From the IMG/VR virus record IMGVR_UViG_3300022822_000015: 20,000 nucleotides of DNA. One strand, written 5' to 3'. Source of the stretch: an uncultured virus (IMG/VR IMGVR_UViG_3300022822_000015) (taxonomy: Duplodnaviria > Heunggongvirae > Uroviricota > Caudoviricetes). The notes beneath the pieces are model-generated. The model saw nothing but the letters and a program-made list of their open reading frames with translations, made no database searches and was not told where the DNA came from. Shown piece by piece: positions 1-8,294 of this stretch; the stretch's first letter is position 1, and every line of letters begins with the position of its first letter. The translations under genes were made by a program, and so were the position numbers.

Positions 1-1
1 C

Positions 2-1228
2 TGCACCAGCAACAACTCCCGGAGCAACAGTAGCACCTTTAACACCACCGCCTACCATAGCACCTACTAAAGCAGAGTAGTTGGCTTCATCTATATTACC
101 TTCTTCATTAAGTTCATCTAAAGCAGACCTAATAGAAAAGTCATCCATCTTAGCTTGTAGTATTGAATGCCAAGTTTGTAAATATTCTAGTGTTGCTTCT
201 AATCCGCCAACAGCAGACACTTTTACAGCAGCTTTTAGTACTCTTTTAGCAACTTCTACACTGTATTTTTTAGGTATAGGAGACAATGCTTTTGAAATGT
301 CTTTTGCATATTGTTTAGTAGCGTTTTTAGCAACTGTAACACCTGCTATAGATGGCAAAGCACTCATAAATATAGCTCTATCAAACATCATAAGTGCTAA
401 AGCAGCAGGAGCATTAACTAATTTGTGCATAACTGAAGACGCTTCACCATTTTCTTTAATGTAAGCTTCTTCATTTTGTTGTAATACAGCAGCAGTTGAT
501 AAACTTACTTGACTAGCTTTTTTACCAACAGACTTAGTAGCAGCTAGTGCTTTTTGTAATACGTTTAATTTTACACCTGCATCTTTAGCAGCTACTGCAT
601 CAGTAACAGCATCTGATATATCACCTATTGCATTAGCACCACGAAAAAGCTTTTTACCAAGCATAGGTAAACCACCAATACCAGCAGTACCAAGAGTACC
701 AGCAATGCCTGACGCTATTGTTCCAGTTAAACTGTCTACAGCTAGTTCTGGAAGTACTTTTGCAGTTGTACTTATAGCGTCTATTACATTACCTGCTGCG
801 TCTAAATACTCACCTTCTCTTAAACTTATTCTAGCGTTAGCTAAACTGTTTATGCCTGAAGATGCTGCTTCATTAAGCTCTTGCCTTACCGTGGCTCTAA
901 CGTTACTTCTAACGTCAGCTTCTTCCATTAGATTAGGGTTAGATTCTCCTGAAGCAATATTTTTTATGTTGTTAAATTCTCTATCAACAGCAGCAGTACC
1001 TAATGAGTACAAGTCATTAGCAAAACTAGTACTATTTGCAAGACCACCATTAAATCTGTCTATGTTGTTAGCTTGTTCTTCAGACACAGGAGTAACTTTA
1101 GGTTCAGGTGTAAGCTTTTGTTGCTTACTTGCTATTTTGTCTTTTAAAGAATCAATTTTCATGTCCAATAAAGAAGACGAGTAGTCTACCTGATAAGCAT
1201 TTCCAGCATTTCTAAATATTTCAGACAT
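2..1228 (-). CDS. N-terminal part (~409 aa, runs off the left edge) of an N4 gp50-like virion RNA polymerase / large ejection protein
   Basis: Not in the ORF track. ATG at 1228, 6 nt after the stop of the 668-aa gene, and no stop seen down to the window edge (MSEIFRNAGNAYQVDYSSSLLDMKIDSLKDK...GGLEATLEYLQTWHSILQAK...ALVGAMVGGGVKGATVAPGVVAGA). Ala/Gly-rich hydrophobic helices. Occupies the gp50 position after gp53-52-51. No polymerase catalytic motifs lie within the window. Confidence 0.7.
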   Translation of the reverse strand, partial: MSEIFRNAGNAYQVDYSSSLLDMKIDSLKDKIASKQQKLTPEPKVTPVSEEQANNIDRFNGGLANSTSFANDLYSLGTAAVDREFNNIKNIASGESNPNLMEEADVRSNVRATVRQELNEAASSGINSLANARISLREGEYLDAAGNVIDAISTTAKVLPELAVDSLTGTIASGIAGTLGTAGIGGLPMLGKKLFRGANAIGDISDAVTDAVAAKDAGVKLNVLQKALAATKSVGKKASQVSLSTAAVLQQNEEAYIKENGEASSVMHKLVNAPAALALMMFDRAIFMSALPSIAGVTVAKNATKQYAKDISKALSPIPKKYSVEVAKRVLKAAVKVSAVGGLEATLEYLQTWHSILQAKMDDFSIRSALDELNEEGNIDEANYSALVGAMVGGGVKGATVAPGVVAGA

Positions 1229-1234
1229 AGTTAG

Positions 1235-3241
1235 TTACTTACCTTGTTCTTCTAATAAAAGTTTCAAGTATTCTGCTTGTTGTTTTTCAGCTCCTGATTT
1301 AGGTTTAAAATCTTTTAGTTTTTGATCACCTGTTCTAAGAGCTTCTAATAACTGTTTAATTTTATCTTCATCAACTTTACTTTTTAAATCTCGAAGTTTT
1401 TGGAGTTTTACATTGCTTGCAGTTTTTTCAGCTTTTTCTTGAGCTTGTTCAAAATTAAAATTTTGTAGTCTAAAATCAGTACCATTAGGGTTAGTTCTTT
1501 CAGGTCGATCTCCAGCACTGTAGTTAAAAATAGAAGTATCTTTATACTTAGGATTTTTTGCGTCTACTTCACTTAAACCTTTTTGAGCTGCAGCTTTTTC
1601 TGCTTCAGTACTATTAGGGTCTAATGCTATAGCTATAAAACCTCTTTTATCAGCAGCAACTTTTTGAGATTTAACTTTTGCTCTAGCCTCTAATTCTTTA
1701 GCTTTTGTAGTTATTTCTTTAGTTTTAAGTTCAGGTGTGTACGTATTACCGGGACCAGAAAGTATTCTATTTTCAGCAGGTGTAATATCTCTTTCTTTTG
1801 TGCTAATAGGAGCTTCTACAGGTTCTTCAACATCATCACTAGTATCTATTTCATCTTCAGAAATTATAGGCTTAAGCTTAATTTTAGGCTTAGTTTTAGG
1901 TTTATTTCCACCTAGTTTAAAGTCTCTACTAACTCCTGTTTGTTCTTCAATAAACTTTTGAGCTTGTTTTTGTCTTTCTTCAGAAGTAGTAGCTTGCTGT
2001 ATAGAATTTTTTAATATTTTGTTAATAGAGTCATCGTACTGAGAAATTAAACTATTATATAGAGACTGTTGTTGTTGAAATTTTTGATCATTACTTTCAC
2101 TACCACCAATTTTTCTACTGCTAGAAGCTTCTTGGTTTTGTTGAGCACCTAGTGCAATAGCAGCCATAGTATCATCGTTAGACATCATATCTGATATGTC
2201 TTTGCTAAACGTACCATCACCATTTATTAATTTTAAAGCTCTCATAGCTCTAATAGTGGCTGCTGGTCCAACTTTAGATTGAGACTGACTAGCAGCAACT
2301 ATAGTTTGTAAATCATCTATAGACATATCAGGAGAATTTAAAGGAAATAAACCAAAAAATGTTTCAGGAGTAAGTGCTTCACTGATCCATTTTATAGCAC
2401 CTTTACTTTGAGGAACATTTAATGTTTCTGAAATATCTTTAAAAGCATCAGCATTTTCTTTTTGACTTATAGAACCAGTTTTAAATGCGTTAGTTCCAAT
2501 ATTAGTAGTATTACTATTTCCTGAGTTGCTAAATATTTTGCCAGCAAAATTTAATCTATTTTCAGCATTTTTACTTAATCTTTCTTGACTTTTAACATCT
2601 AACACACTGTAATTTTCAGTAGCTGTTTGTTGCATTTGTGCTATTTCTGTTTCACTTAGACCAGCTTCTCTTGCTAAAGCAGCTACATCTGATTTTATTT
2701 TAGCAGGGTCTTGATACAGTCTAGGGTTATCAATCATATTTTGGATAAACCCATCCATAAGATCATCTTTTCTTTTATAACCATCTACTTGATTTAGATT
2801 TATAGAAGTATTTCTTCCACCGTCACTAATAGTTCTTGTACCAGAAGTTTGTGTTTGGTAACCCGGAGAATTAAATATAGCTTGTTTTGTGCCTTGTTCC
2901 ATCTCAAAAGAAGGCTGCATATCTTTAGCTTGTTGAATTAAATTGCTCATAGCTAAATTTTTATCTATACCTCTTTGTTTTTCTAAATCAAAAATACGTT
3001 GTTCTTCAACTACAGCTCTTTGACCTTCGTTTTCACGAAAATTTTGTTGTCTTTCAAAATTGGCTTGTTGTTGCATAACAGCATTTTGCTCAAGCTGTGC
3101 ATTTCTAGCTTCTTGCATTTGTGCATTTATACTAGCAAGACCTTTTTGAGAACTCTCAATAGAACGTGCAGCGTTAGCAAAAGCTTGGTTAGAGCCACTA
3201 AAGTTAGGATTTATTCTAGATCTAAAAAGTTCACCAGCCAT
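1235..3241 (-). CDS. N4 gp51-like internal virion (ejection) protein, 668 aa
   Basis: Size and position between the gp52-like and gp50-like genes; Q/N/A-rich helical N-terminus. Assignment is mainly by synteny. Confidence 0.6.
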   Translation of the reverse strand: MAGELFRSRINPNFSGSNQAFANAARSIESSQKGLASINAQMQEARNAQLEQNAVMQQQANFERQQNFRENEGQRAVVEEQRIFDLEKQRGIDKNLAMSNLIQQAKDMQPSFEMEQGTKQAIFNSPGYQTQTSGTRTISDGGRNTSINLNQVDGYKRKDDLMDGFIQNMIDNPRLYQDPAKIKSDVAALAREAGLSETEIAQMQQTATENYSVLDVKSQERLSKNAENRLNFAGKIFSNSGNSNTTNIGTNAFKTGSISQKENADAFKDISETLNVPQSKGAIKWISEALTPETFFGLFPLNSPDMSIDDLQTIVAASQSQSKVGPAATIRAMRALKLINGDGTFSKDISDMMSNDDTMAAIALGAQQNQEASSSRKIGGSESNDQKFQQQQSLYNSLISQYDDSINKILKNSIQQATTSEERQKQAQKFIEEQTGVSRDFKLGGNKPKTKPKIKLKPIISEDEIDTSDDVEEPVEAPISTKERDITPAENRILSGPGNTYTPELKTKEITTKAKELEARAKVKSQKVAADKRGFIAIALDPNSTEAEKAAAQKGLSEVDAKNPKYKDTSIFNYSAGDRPERTNPNGTDFRLQNFNFEQAQEKAEKTASNVKLQKLRDLKSKVDEDKIKQLLEALRTGDQKLKDFKPKSGAEKQQAEYLKLLLEEQGK

Positions 3242-3248
3242 TATATTA

Positions 3249-3713
3249 TTACCCTATTGCACTACCATCTACATTAGCTGCTTTAGCTCTTGCCATTCGG
3301 TCTATATATTCTTGACTACCAGCTTCCACACTATTTAATGCTAAACCATTACGAGTTCTTTCCATAAGATCTGCATTATAAGAAGTTGCATTATTAGCAA
3401 GACTTCTATTCATACCAGCTAGCTCAATACCAAACTGTTTTTTTCCTTGCTTACGCATTTGGTGAGCATTATACATACCATATAGGCTACCTAAACCTTG
3501 AGCAGCTAACCCAAAGTTTTGAAATCCATTTAAAGATTCTGGTGCTTTTGGGTAATTTTGATCACCCATTAAAACACCATTACCTGCATTCATTCTGTAG
3601 TCTTGTGGTTTATAACTAAAATCGTCATAGGAAGCTGCTAAACTAAATTCTTTAGCAGGGTCGTATATTTGTGTTGTTGTAGGAATTTTGAAATTACTGT
3701 AAGTTTCACCCAT
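3249..3713 (-). CDS. N4 gp52-like small virion/ejection protein, 154 aa
   Basis: Gly-rich amphipathic segment GLAAQGLGSLYGMYNAHQMRKQGKKQF followed by N..NNATSYNADLMER; size and synteny match gp52. Confidence 0.7.
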   Translation of the reverse strand: MGETYSNFKIPTTTQIYDPAKEFSLAASYDDFSYKPQDYRMNAGNGVLMGDQNYPKAPESLNGFQNFGLAAQGLGSLYGMYNAHQMRKQGKKQFGIELAGMNRSLANNATSYNADLMERTRNGLALNSVEAGSQEYIDRMARAKAANVDGSAIG

Positions 3714-3730
3714 AATTCTGTACCTTTTTG

Positions 3731-6472
3731 TTAAACTACACCTAAAGTTAAGGCGTTTTTATGATAGTTGCCCACTACTGTACCATAATCATACATGCTA
3801 GAATAGTTGTATTGTATTGGTCCAGCCATAAACCTATATGTGTCAGGACTATTAAGAAAAGCTAGGTAGGTTGGGTCTAATCCATTTTCTTGTGCTTCTA
3901 TTAATCTAGCTAGTTCTTGTGACCTAATATCAAATTGATTATTTATTTCTAGCATCTCTGCTTGAAGCTCTAGTATATCTGCATTTATATCAGCTACTAT
4001 CATATTACTAAACTGTGTGACGCTTTGTGTAATAACAGCAGGATCACTCATACCTGTTGAACCTGAACCAGTTTGGCTAGTTAAGTAAGCAGCACCAGCA
4101 GCAACAACTACTTTTAAAAATTCACTATCTATACTAGATATTATAGCAATTGCTATAGAAATAATAACATAATTAGCTAATGCAACCTGAAAAAAAGCAG
4201 CTAAAGATAGTTTTGTAGGGTCAAAAGTTATCAGAGTGTAAACTATTAGTACTATTTCTAGTAAATCTGCAAACGCTGAAGTTTCATACCAAGCCACTTC
4301 AGTTATCTGTACAGAATAAAAATTCATCCTTAAAGCTAGGGTGTACAACTGTAGTTGTTCAACTGGAGTTAAACTATCAATAGAAAAATGAGACAACAGT
4401 ATAGAAAAGTTATCATCCCCTAGTTTACTAAGGCTCATGTTTTCTTGCCCATTACCTAAAATAAACTCTATACCAGACATGTTTGTTAATACAATTGTAG
4501 AACAAGAAGTAGTAGACACCTGTTTTCTCATAGTAAGAGTGTTTACGTTAGTTACAGTATGGCTGTAAGTACCAATTGGACCTGAATCAAATATGGTAGT
4601 AGAAGCATTTTGTGTAGACCATACTACAGCTCGTTTTACATTTTGTTCTAAAAACGTAGCATAATACCCTTGGTTGTCTACTGTTGTATTAAAATCAACA
4701 GCTTCTGTAATTACTAATGTATAAAACATCTCATAAAGAATTTTAGAAACTACTGTTGCTGTATCAGTAGGGTTTACAGCGAAGGATAAAAATCCTTCTG
4801 ATATACCAGCAATATTAGGGTTAGCTTCTATTTGTTGTATTATGTCGTTAAACTCTAAGTCTAAAGTACCTAATAGCCCTACTATACCATCATAGTTTTC
4901 TTGTCCTACACTAACTACACTGGCAGAAACTGTGTTAGACCTAAGTATACCAATAGGCATAAACTCTAAGTTACTTAAACTACTGCTTACCATTTTAACA
5001 TCAGGGTAAGTATTACTACTTATGTCATACACCCAATATTTCCATTCAGCAATTTCGTCAATATAGTAAGTAACAATTACATAAGAAATAATTCTATAAG
5101 CAGGTCTAGTAATCACACTAGTCAAAGTTTCTGTTAAAGGAGATGGCATATTAGTGTTATCTGTGTCTACAGGGTTAGCAACACTATAAGTAATAGTAGT
5201 TGATATGCTGTGTTTTCCTTCAGCTAAAGCGGTAGCTTCAAAACTGTCTTGTGTAGAGATACTTTCTATACTTACAACCATAGTAACAGAGGAACTTAAC
5301 AAGTTTACTGTTTCCGGGGTTATAGTAAAACCTAAACCTGTACCACTAGAAGAAATTTGGTTTATGGTAGTTCCTGCAGAAGCATCACCACCAGAACTTG
5401 TCACTGTAAAAGTTATTACATTTCCGTCTACATCTACACTATCTACTGTTAACACATCATCATTGTCCAAAGTTATTGTGTCTAATGCACTGTAGAAATT
5501 AGTACTGTCGCTTCCAGAACTAGAGTACGAACCATTACTGCCAGAATCATCGTAGTTTGCCTCTGTTTGATCTTCTAACAAGGTATATTCATAAGGTAAT
5601 GAGTTTGCTTCAGTACTAATAGTAAAGTCTGTGTACGATGTACCAGCTAGCAATACTACAGTATCAACTGAGGTAAAATGGGTACCGTTTGTAGCTGTTC
5701 CTGTGTAACTTAAATTAACTGTGACAGTTTTGTTAGCAGGTATAAGTCTATCGACACTAACTGTGTACATTAGTGTGTTATCTCCTTGAACTACTTCTGA
5801 ATAACCAGATAAATAAAACGTAGCAGTTTCTCTTAGTCTCTGTACTGTTAATTGGTAGTTATTAGCTCCTGCATTGTACGTAACAGCAGATAAAAAATAG
5901 CTATCGAAAGTACCGTACTCGTCACTAAAAGTTAATGTATTAAGATGGGGAAGATAACTATAAACATTTTGTAAATAGTGTTTAAAATAAACTTCTTTTG
6001 TAGGGTACTTTTGTACTGCACTAGTAATATTAACTGTGTAACCAGTTATAGAAAACAAAGCATTAATAACAGCAGATTGGTCTATAGTATTTTTACGTAC
6101 ATTTGTTGTAGGTAAAGCATAAGGATACTCACCTTCTTCTGCGTAATTGTAGTAACCGTCTATTTTTCCTTGAGCAACTTTAGTGTACTTATTAAACGGA
6201 GATATTAATGCAATAGCAGAATTTTTTGTGTACTCAAGTGCTATTTTAACTAACGCATCTTCTTCTAGATCTGTAGTTGAAGGATAAACTTTCTGTGAAA
6301 CATGTTGTACTTGTACTACGGTCTCATCTTCGATACCAAATATACCTACTACAAATTCCAGTAAAGGCATAACAATATCATCCCATACTGTTTCTACAGC
6401 CTCTACTACTCCTTCAACAACATCTTCTACTATGTCTATTATATCTTCAATAATTTCTACAACAGCACCCAT
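3731..6472 (-). CDS. N4 gp53-like structural protein, 913 aa, with an internal Calx-beta-like domain and C-terminal hydrophobic helices
   Basis: Size and synteny; WKYWVY...FMPIGILR motif; VAWYET followed by hydrophobic helices near the C-terminus. Confidence 0.7.
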   Translation of the reverse strand: MGAVVEIIEDIIDIVEDVVEGVVEAVETVWDDIVMPLLEFVVGIFGIEDETVVQVQHVSQKVYPSTTDLEEDALVKIALEYTKNSAIALISPFNKYTKVAQGKIDGYYNYAEEGEYPYALPTTNVRKNTIDQSAVINALFSITGYTVNITSAVQKYPTKEVYFKHYLQNVYSYLPHLNTLTFSDEYGTFDSYFLSAVTYNAGANNYQLTVQRLRETATFYLSGYSEVVQGDNTLMYTVSVDRLIPANKTVTVNLSYTGTATNGTHFTSVDTVVLLAGTSYTDFTISTEANSLPYEYTLLEDQTEANYDDSGSNGSYSSSGSDSTNFYSALDTITLDNDDVLTVDSVDVDGNVITFTVTSSGGDASAGTTINQISSSGTGLGFTITPETVNLLSSSVTMVVSIESISTQDSFEATALAEGKHSISTTITYSVANPVDTDNTNMPSPLTETLTSVITRPAYRIISYVIVTYYIDEIAEWKYWVYDISSNTYPDVKMVSSSLSNLEFMPIGILRSNTVSASVVSVGQENYDGIVGLLGTLDLEFNDIIQQIEANPNIAGISEGFLSFAVNPTDTATVVSKILYEMFYTLVITEAVDFNTTVDNQGYYATFLEQNVKRAVVWSTQNASTTIFDSGPIGTYSHTVTNVNTLTMRKQVSTTSCSTIVLTNMSGIEFILGNGQENMSLSKLGDDNFSILLSHFSIDSLTPVEQLQLYTLALRMNFYSVQITEVAWYETSAFADLLEIVLIVYTLITFDPTKLSLAAFFQVALANYVIISIAIAIISSIDSEFLKVVVAAGAAYLTSQTGSGSTGMSDPAVITQSVTQFSNMIVADINADILELQAEMLEINNQFDIRSQELARLIEAQENGLDPTYLAFLNSPDTYRFMAGPIQYNYSSMYDYGTVVGNYHKNALTLGVV

Positions 6473-6479
6473 AATTAAA

Positions 6480-6959
6480 CTACCTAGAATTATGTAAAAT
6501 TTTATCCAATTTCTGTTTTATTAGACTAATGTTTATGATAACAGGGGTACCAAACTCATACCATTTTTTAATACTTTTAACTGTTAGTAAACTTTTTAAG
6601 TTAATAACTCCTTCTTTTTTATGGGGAATAAAACTAAGAGTCTTTACAGGTGAATAAGCATTTCCATAGAATATACTTATAAGAAGTGTTAGTGTACCTA
6701 CAGGATTTCCTTTACCATAAAACAAAACTCCTTCAGTTTTGTAAGGACTTAGTTTCTTAAAATACAAAAAACAAGACCCATCAATTAAACAATACGCTGT
6801 GTTCTCAGCTATACACTTTAACATACGTTTTTTGTGTATATTAGTGTCACTATCAGAAACTAAGGATTCTACAACAGAGTAGTGGTTATCTATATCTTGT
6901 TCATTACATTTACGGATGTAGTTATCATTCTGCAGTAAATTAATAAGTTTGTATTTCAC
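6480..6959 (-). CDS. Hypothetical protein, possible GNAT-fold acyltransferase, 159 aa
   Basis: GTG start 1 nt after the ACP stop. YIRKCNEQDIDNHYSVV resembles the GNAT beta1-alpha1 opening (IRxAxxxDxxxI), and the size is typical of GNATs. No clear acetyl-CoA-binding (R/Q)xxGxG motif. Confidence 0.4.
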   Translation of the reverse strand: MKYKLINLLQNDNYIRKCNEQDIDNHYSVVESLVSDSDTNIHKKRMLKCIAENTAYCLIDGSCFLYFKKLSPYKTEGVLFYGKGNPVGTLTLLISIFYGNAYSPVKTLSFIPHKKEGVINLKSLLTVKSIKKWYEFGTPVIINISLIKQKLDKILHNSR

Positions 6960-6960
6960 A

Positions 6961-7200
6961 TTATACAGAAGTAGTTGAGTGGCAGATAGAAACTAACATT
7001 TTTACGGACAAAGCATCTACATCTATATCATCAAATTCTGCTGTGTCAATATCATAATCATTGGCTATTGTAAGCAGTACTATTACTACTCCTAAACTAT
7101 CAAGCTCGCTATCCATAAACATACCGTCCATGAGAACAGGCAACCCATTCTCATAGACAATACAACTATTTATGTTAGCTAGTGTTTCTTCTTTAGTCAT
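6961..7200 (-). CDS. Acyl carrier protein (phosphopantetheine-binding), 79 aa
   Basis: FMDSELDSLGVVIVLLTIANDYDI matches the ACP helix-II signature (F.DLG.DSL..VEL...E..F.I), with the DSL serine at residue 35 (Ser36 in E. coli AcpP). 15 Asp/Glu versus 2 Lys; C-terminal LSVKMLV resembles the helix-IV 'TV.D.V' segment. Confidence 0.8.
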   Translation of the reverse strand: MTKEETLANINSCIVYENGLPVLMDGMFMDSELDSLGVVIVLLTIANDYDIDTAEFDDIDVDALSVKMLVSICHSTTSV

Positions 7201-7730
7201 TAGGCTGGCAAATCATTTAGTATATCTTCATATAGTGCAGAAGTTTTAGCTTCATTAACAATAGTTGGAGCAGCACCTGTTTTATTAACAGAATAGTAAA
7301 TAGCCCAAGTTTCTAGTGTTTTAGCTAGTACTTTTTGTTTAGCATCTACTTTAAACCCTAGTGTTTGAGCTGTAATTAGGTCGTCTTTTTTATCTTCCGT
7401 AGTTTTTTGTGCTTCAAGAAGTAAATTTTTACTAATACTTTCTATGACCTGTTTATCAACTAAAAGTTTTTGTGCTTGCAGTAAAGCAGAAGTATCTATC
7501 TGTATTTGTGTCTCTAGATAAATTTTTGCAGCTGTTTGAATTACTGACTGCATAGCTCCAAGATACACTTTAGCGTAGTCAACACCATTAATAGCACCTG
7601 AATCGTACTGAGACTTAATGTGAGCAGTAATACTCTCCATCATATCATCAAAAATACCATCTCCTTGTACTTTATAAGTAGAGGAGTCAGTAGTTACGTT
7701 ATTTGTAAACTCAGTAAAAGCTAAGGTCAT
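7200..7730 (-). CDS. N4 gp54-like structural protein, 176 aa
   Basis: GDGIFDDMMESITAHIKSQYDSGAINGVDYAKVY matches the gp54-family pattern G.G.FD.LM....HL..EY..G.I.G..YA..Y; synteny. Confidence 0.75.
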   Translation of the reverse strand: MTLAFTEFTNNVTTDSSTYKVQGDGIFDDMMESITAHIKSQYDSGAINGVDYAKVYLGAMQSVIQTAAKIYLETQIQIDTSALLQAQKLLVDKQVIESISKNLLLEAQKTTEDKKDDLITAQTLGFKVDAKQKVLAKTLETWAIYYSVNKTGAAPTIVNEAKTSALYEDILNDLPA

Positions 7731-7732
7731 TT

Positions 7733-8215
7733 TTATTCACCTTCACCATAACTAATAGCGTATTTTTTTACTCTTATAGTAATCATATTACCTGTGTCTT
7801 TTCCATCAACAAATTCACGTTTATGTAGAGGCATAAGAGTAGAAGCTGCAATTTTAATTAGTGCTACTTCTAGCTCTACAGGAATATCTAACGGTACATT
7901 TTTAGCTAATCCGAAGTAGTTATTCTCAAAACTCAAATGTGCAGTATTAGCTACAGCAGAATCACGAGGATCTTTATTTGTAATAGTTACTACTCTTGTT
8001 TTGAAAGCCGCTTTACGTTTTTCATTAATTTTTTGTCTTTTAGTTAGCGGTTTTTTAGAATGTTTTTCAGAAACAACTACTGGTTCTACATCTTGTGTTT
8101 CTACTTTTCCGTTAGCTTCATCAACTTTAGCTTGTAGTTTTTTAGTAGGAATATTAGCTTGAAACTCTAAACCTAGCTCATTAGCTTCCAGTATTAGGTC
8201 ATCTCGATCTGACAT
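7733..8215 (-). CDS. N4 gp55-like protein, 160 aa
   Basis: EANELGLEFQANIPTKKLQAKV N-terminal motif and RVVTITNKDP...KNVP; lies directly downstream of the capsid gene. Confidence 0.7.
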   Translation of the reverse strand: MSDRDDLILEANELGLEFQANIPTKKLQAKVDEANGKVETQDVEPVVVSEKHSKKPLTKRQKINEKRKAAFKTRVVTITNKDPRDSAVANTAHLSFENNYFGLAKNVPLDIPVELEVALIKIAASTLMPLHKREFVDGKDTGNMITIRVKKYAISYGEGE

Positions 8216-8239
8216 GTGTTAAATCCTTTCAGTTGTTTA

Positions 8240-8278
8240 ACAAATTAATAATAGCCGGGACTTTTTCAAGTCCCAGCT
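8240..8278 (-). terminator. Stem-loop (probable intrinsic terminator) downstream of the major capsid gene
   Basis: Minus-strand RNA AGCUGGGACUU-GAAA-AAGUCCCGGCU: 11-bp stem with one U-G pair and a GAAA tetraloop, followed by an interrupted AUUAUUAAUUUG tract. Confidence 0.7.
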
Positions 8279-8294
8279 GGTTAATACTTATTGG

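Noticed and set aside
81..1184. Plus-strand ORFs 81-464 and 705-1184
   Set aside because: Antisense shadows of the gp50-like ORF; Ser/Leu-rich with no recognisable motifs.
6961..7200. ACP as host contamination or a prophage boundary
   Set aside because: It overlaps the gp54-like stop, is flanked by phage structural genes on the same strand, and has no fab operon neighbours.
8253..8278. Hairpin as an N4 vRNAP hairpin promoter
   Set aside because: vRNAP promoters have short stems with 3-nt loops in the early region; this has an 11-bp stem, a 4-nt loop and sits right after the capsid stop.
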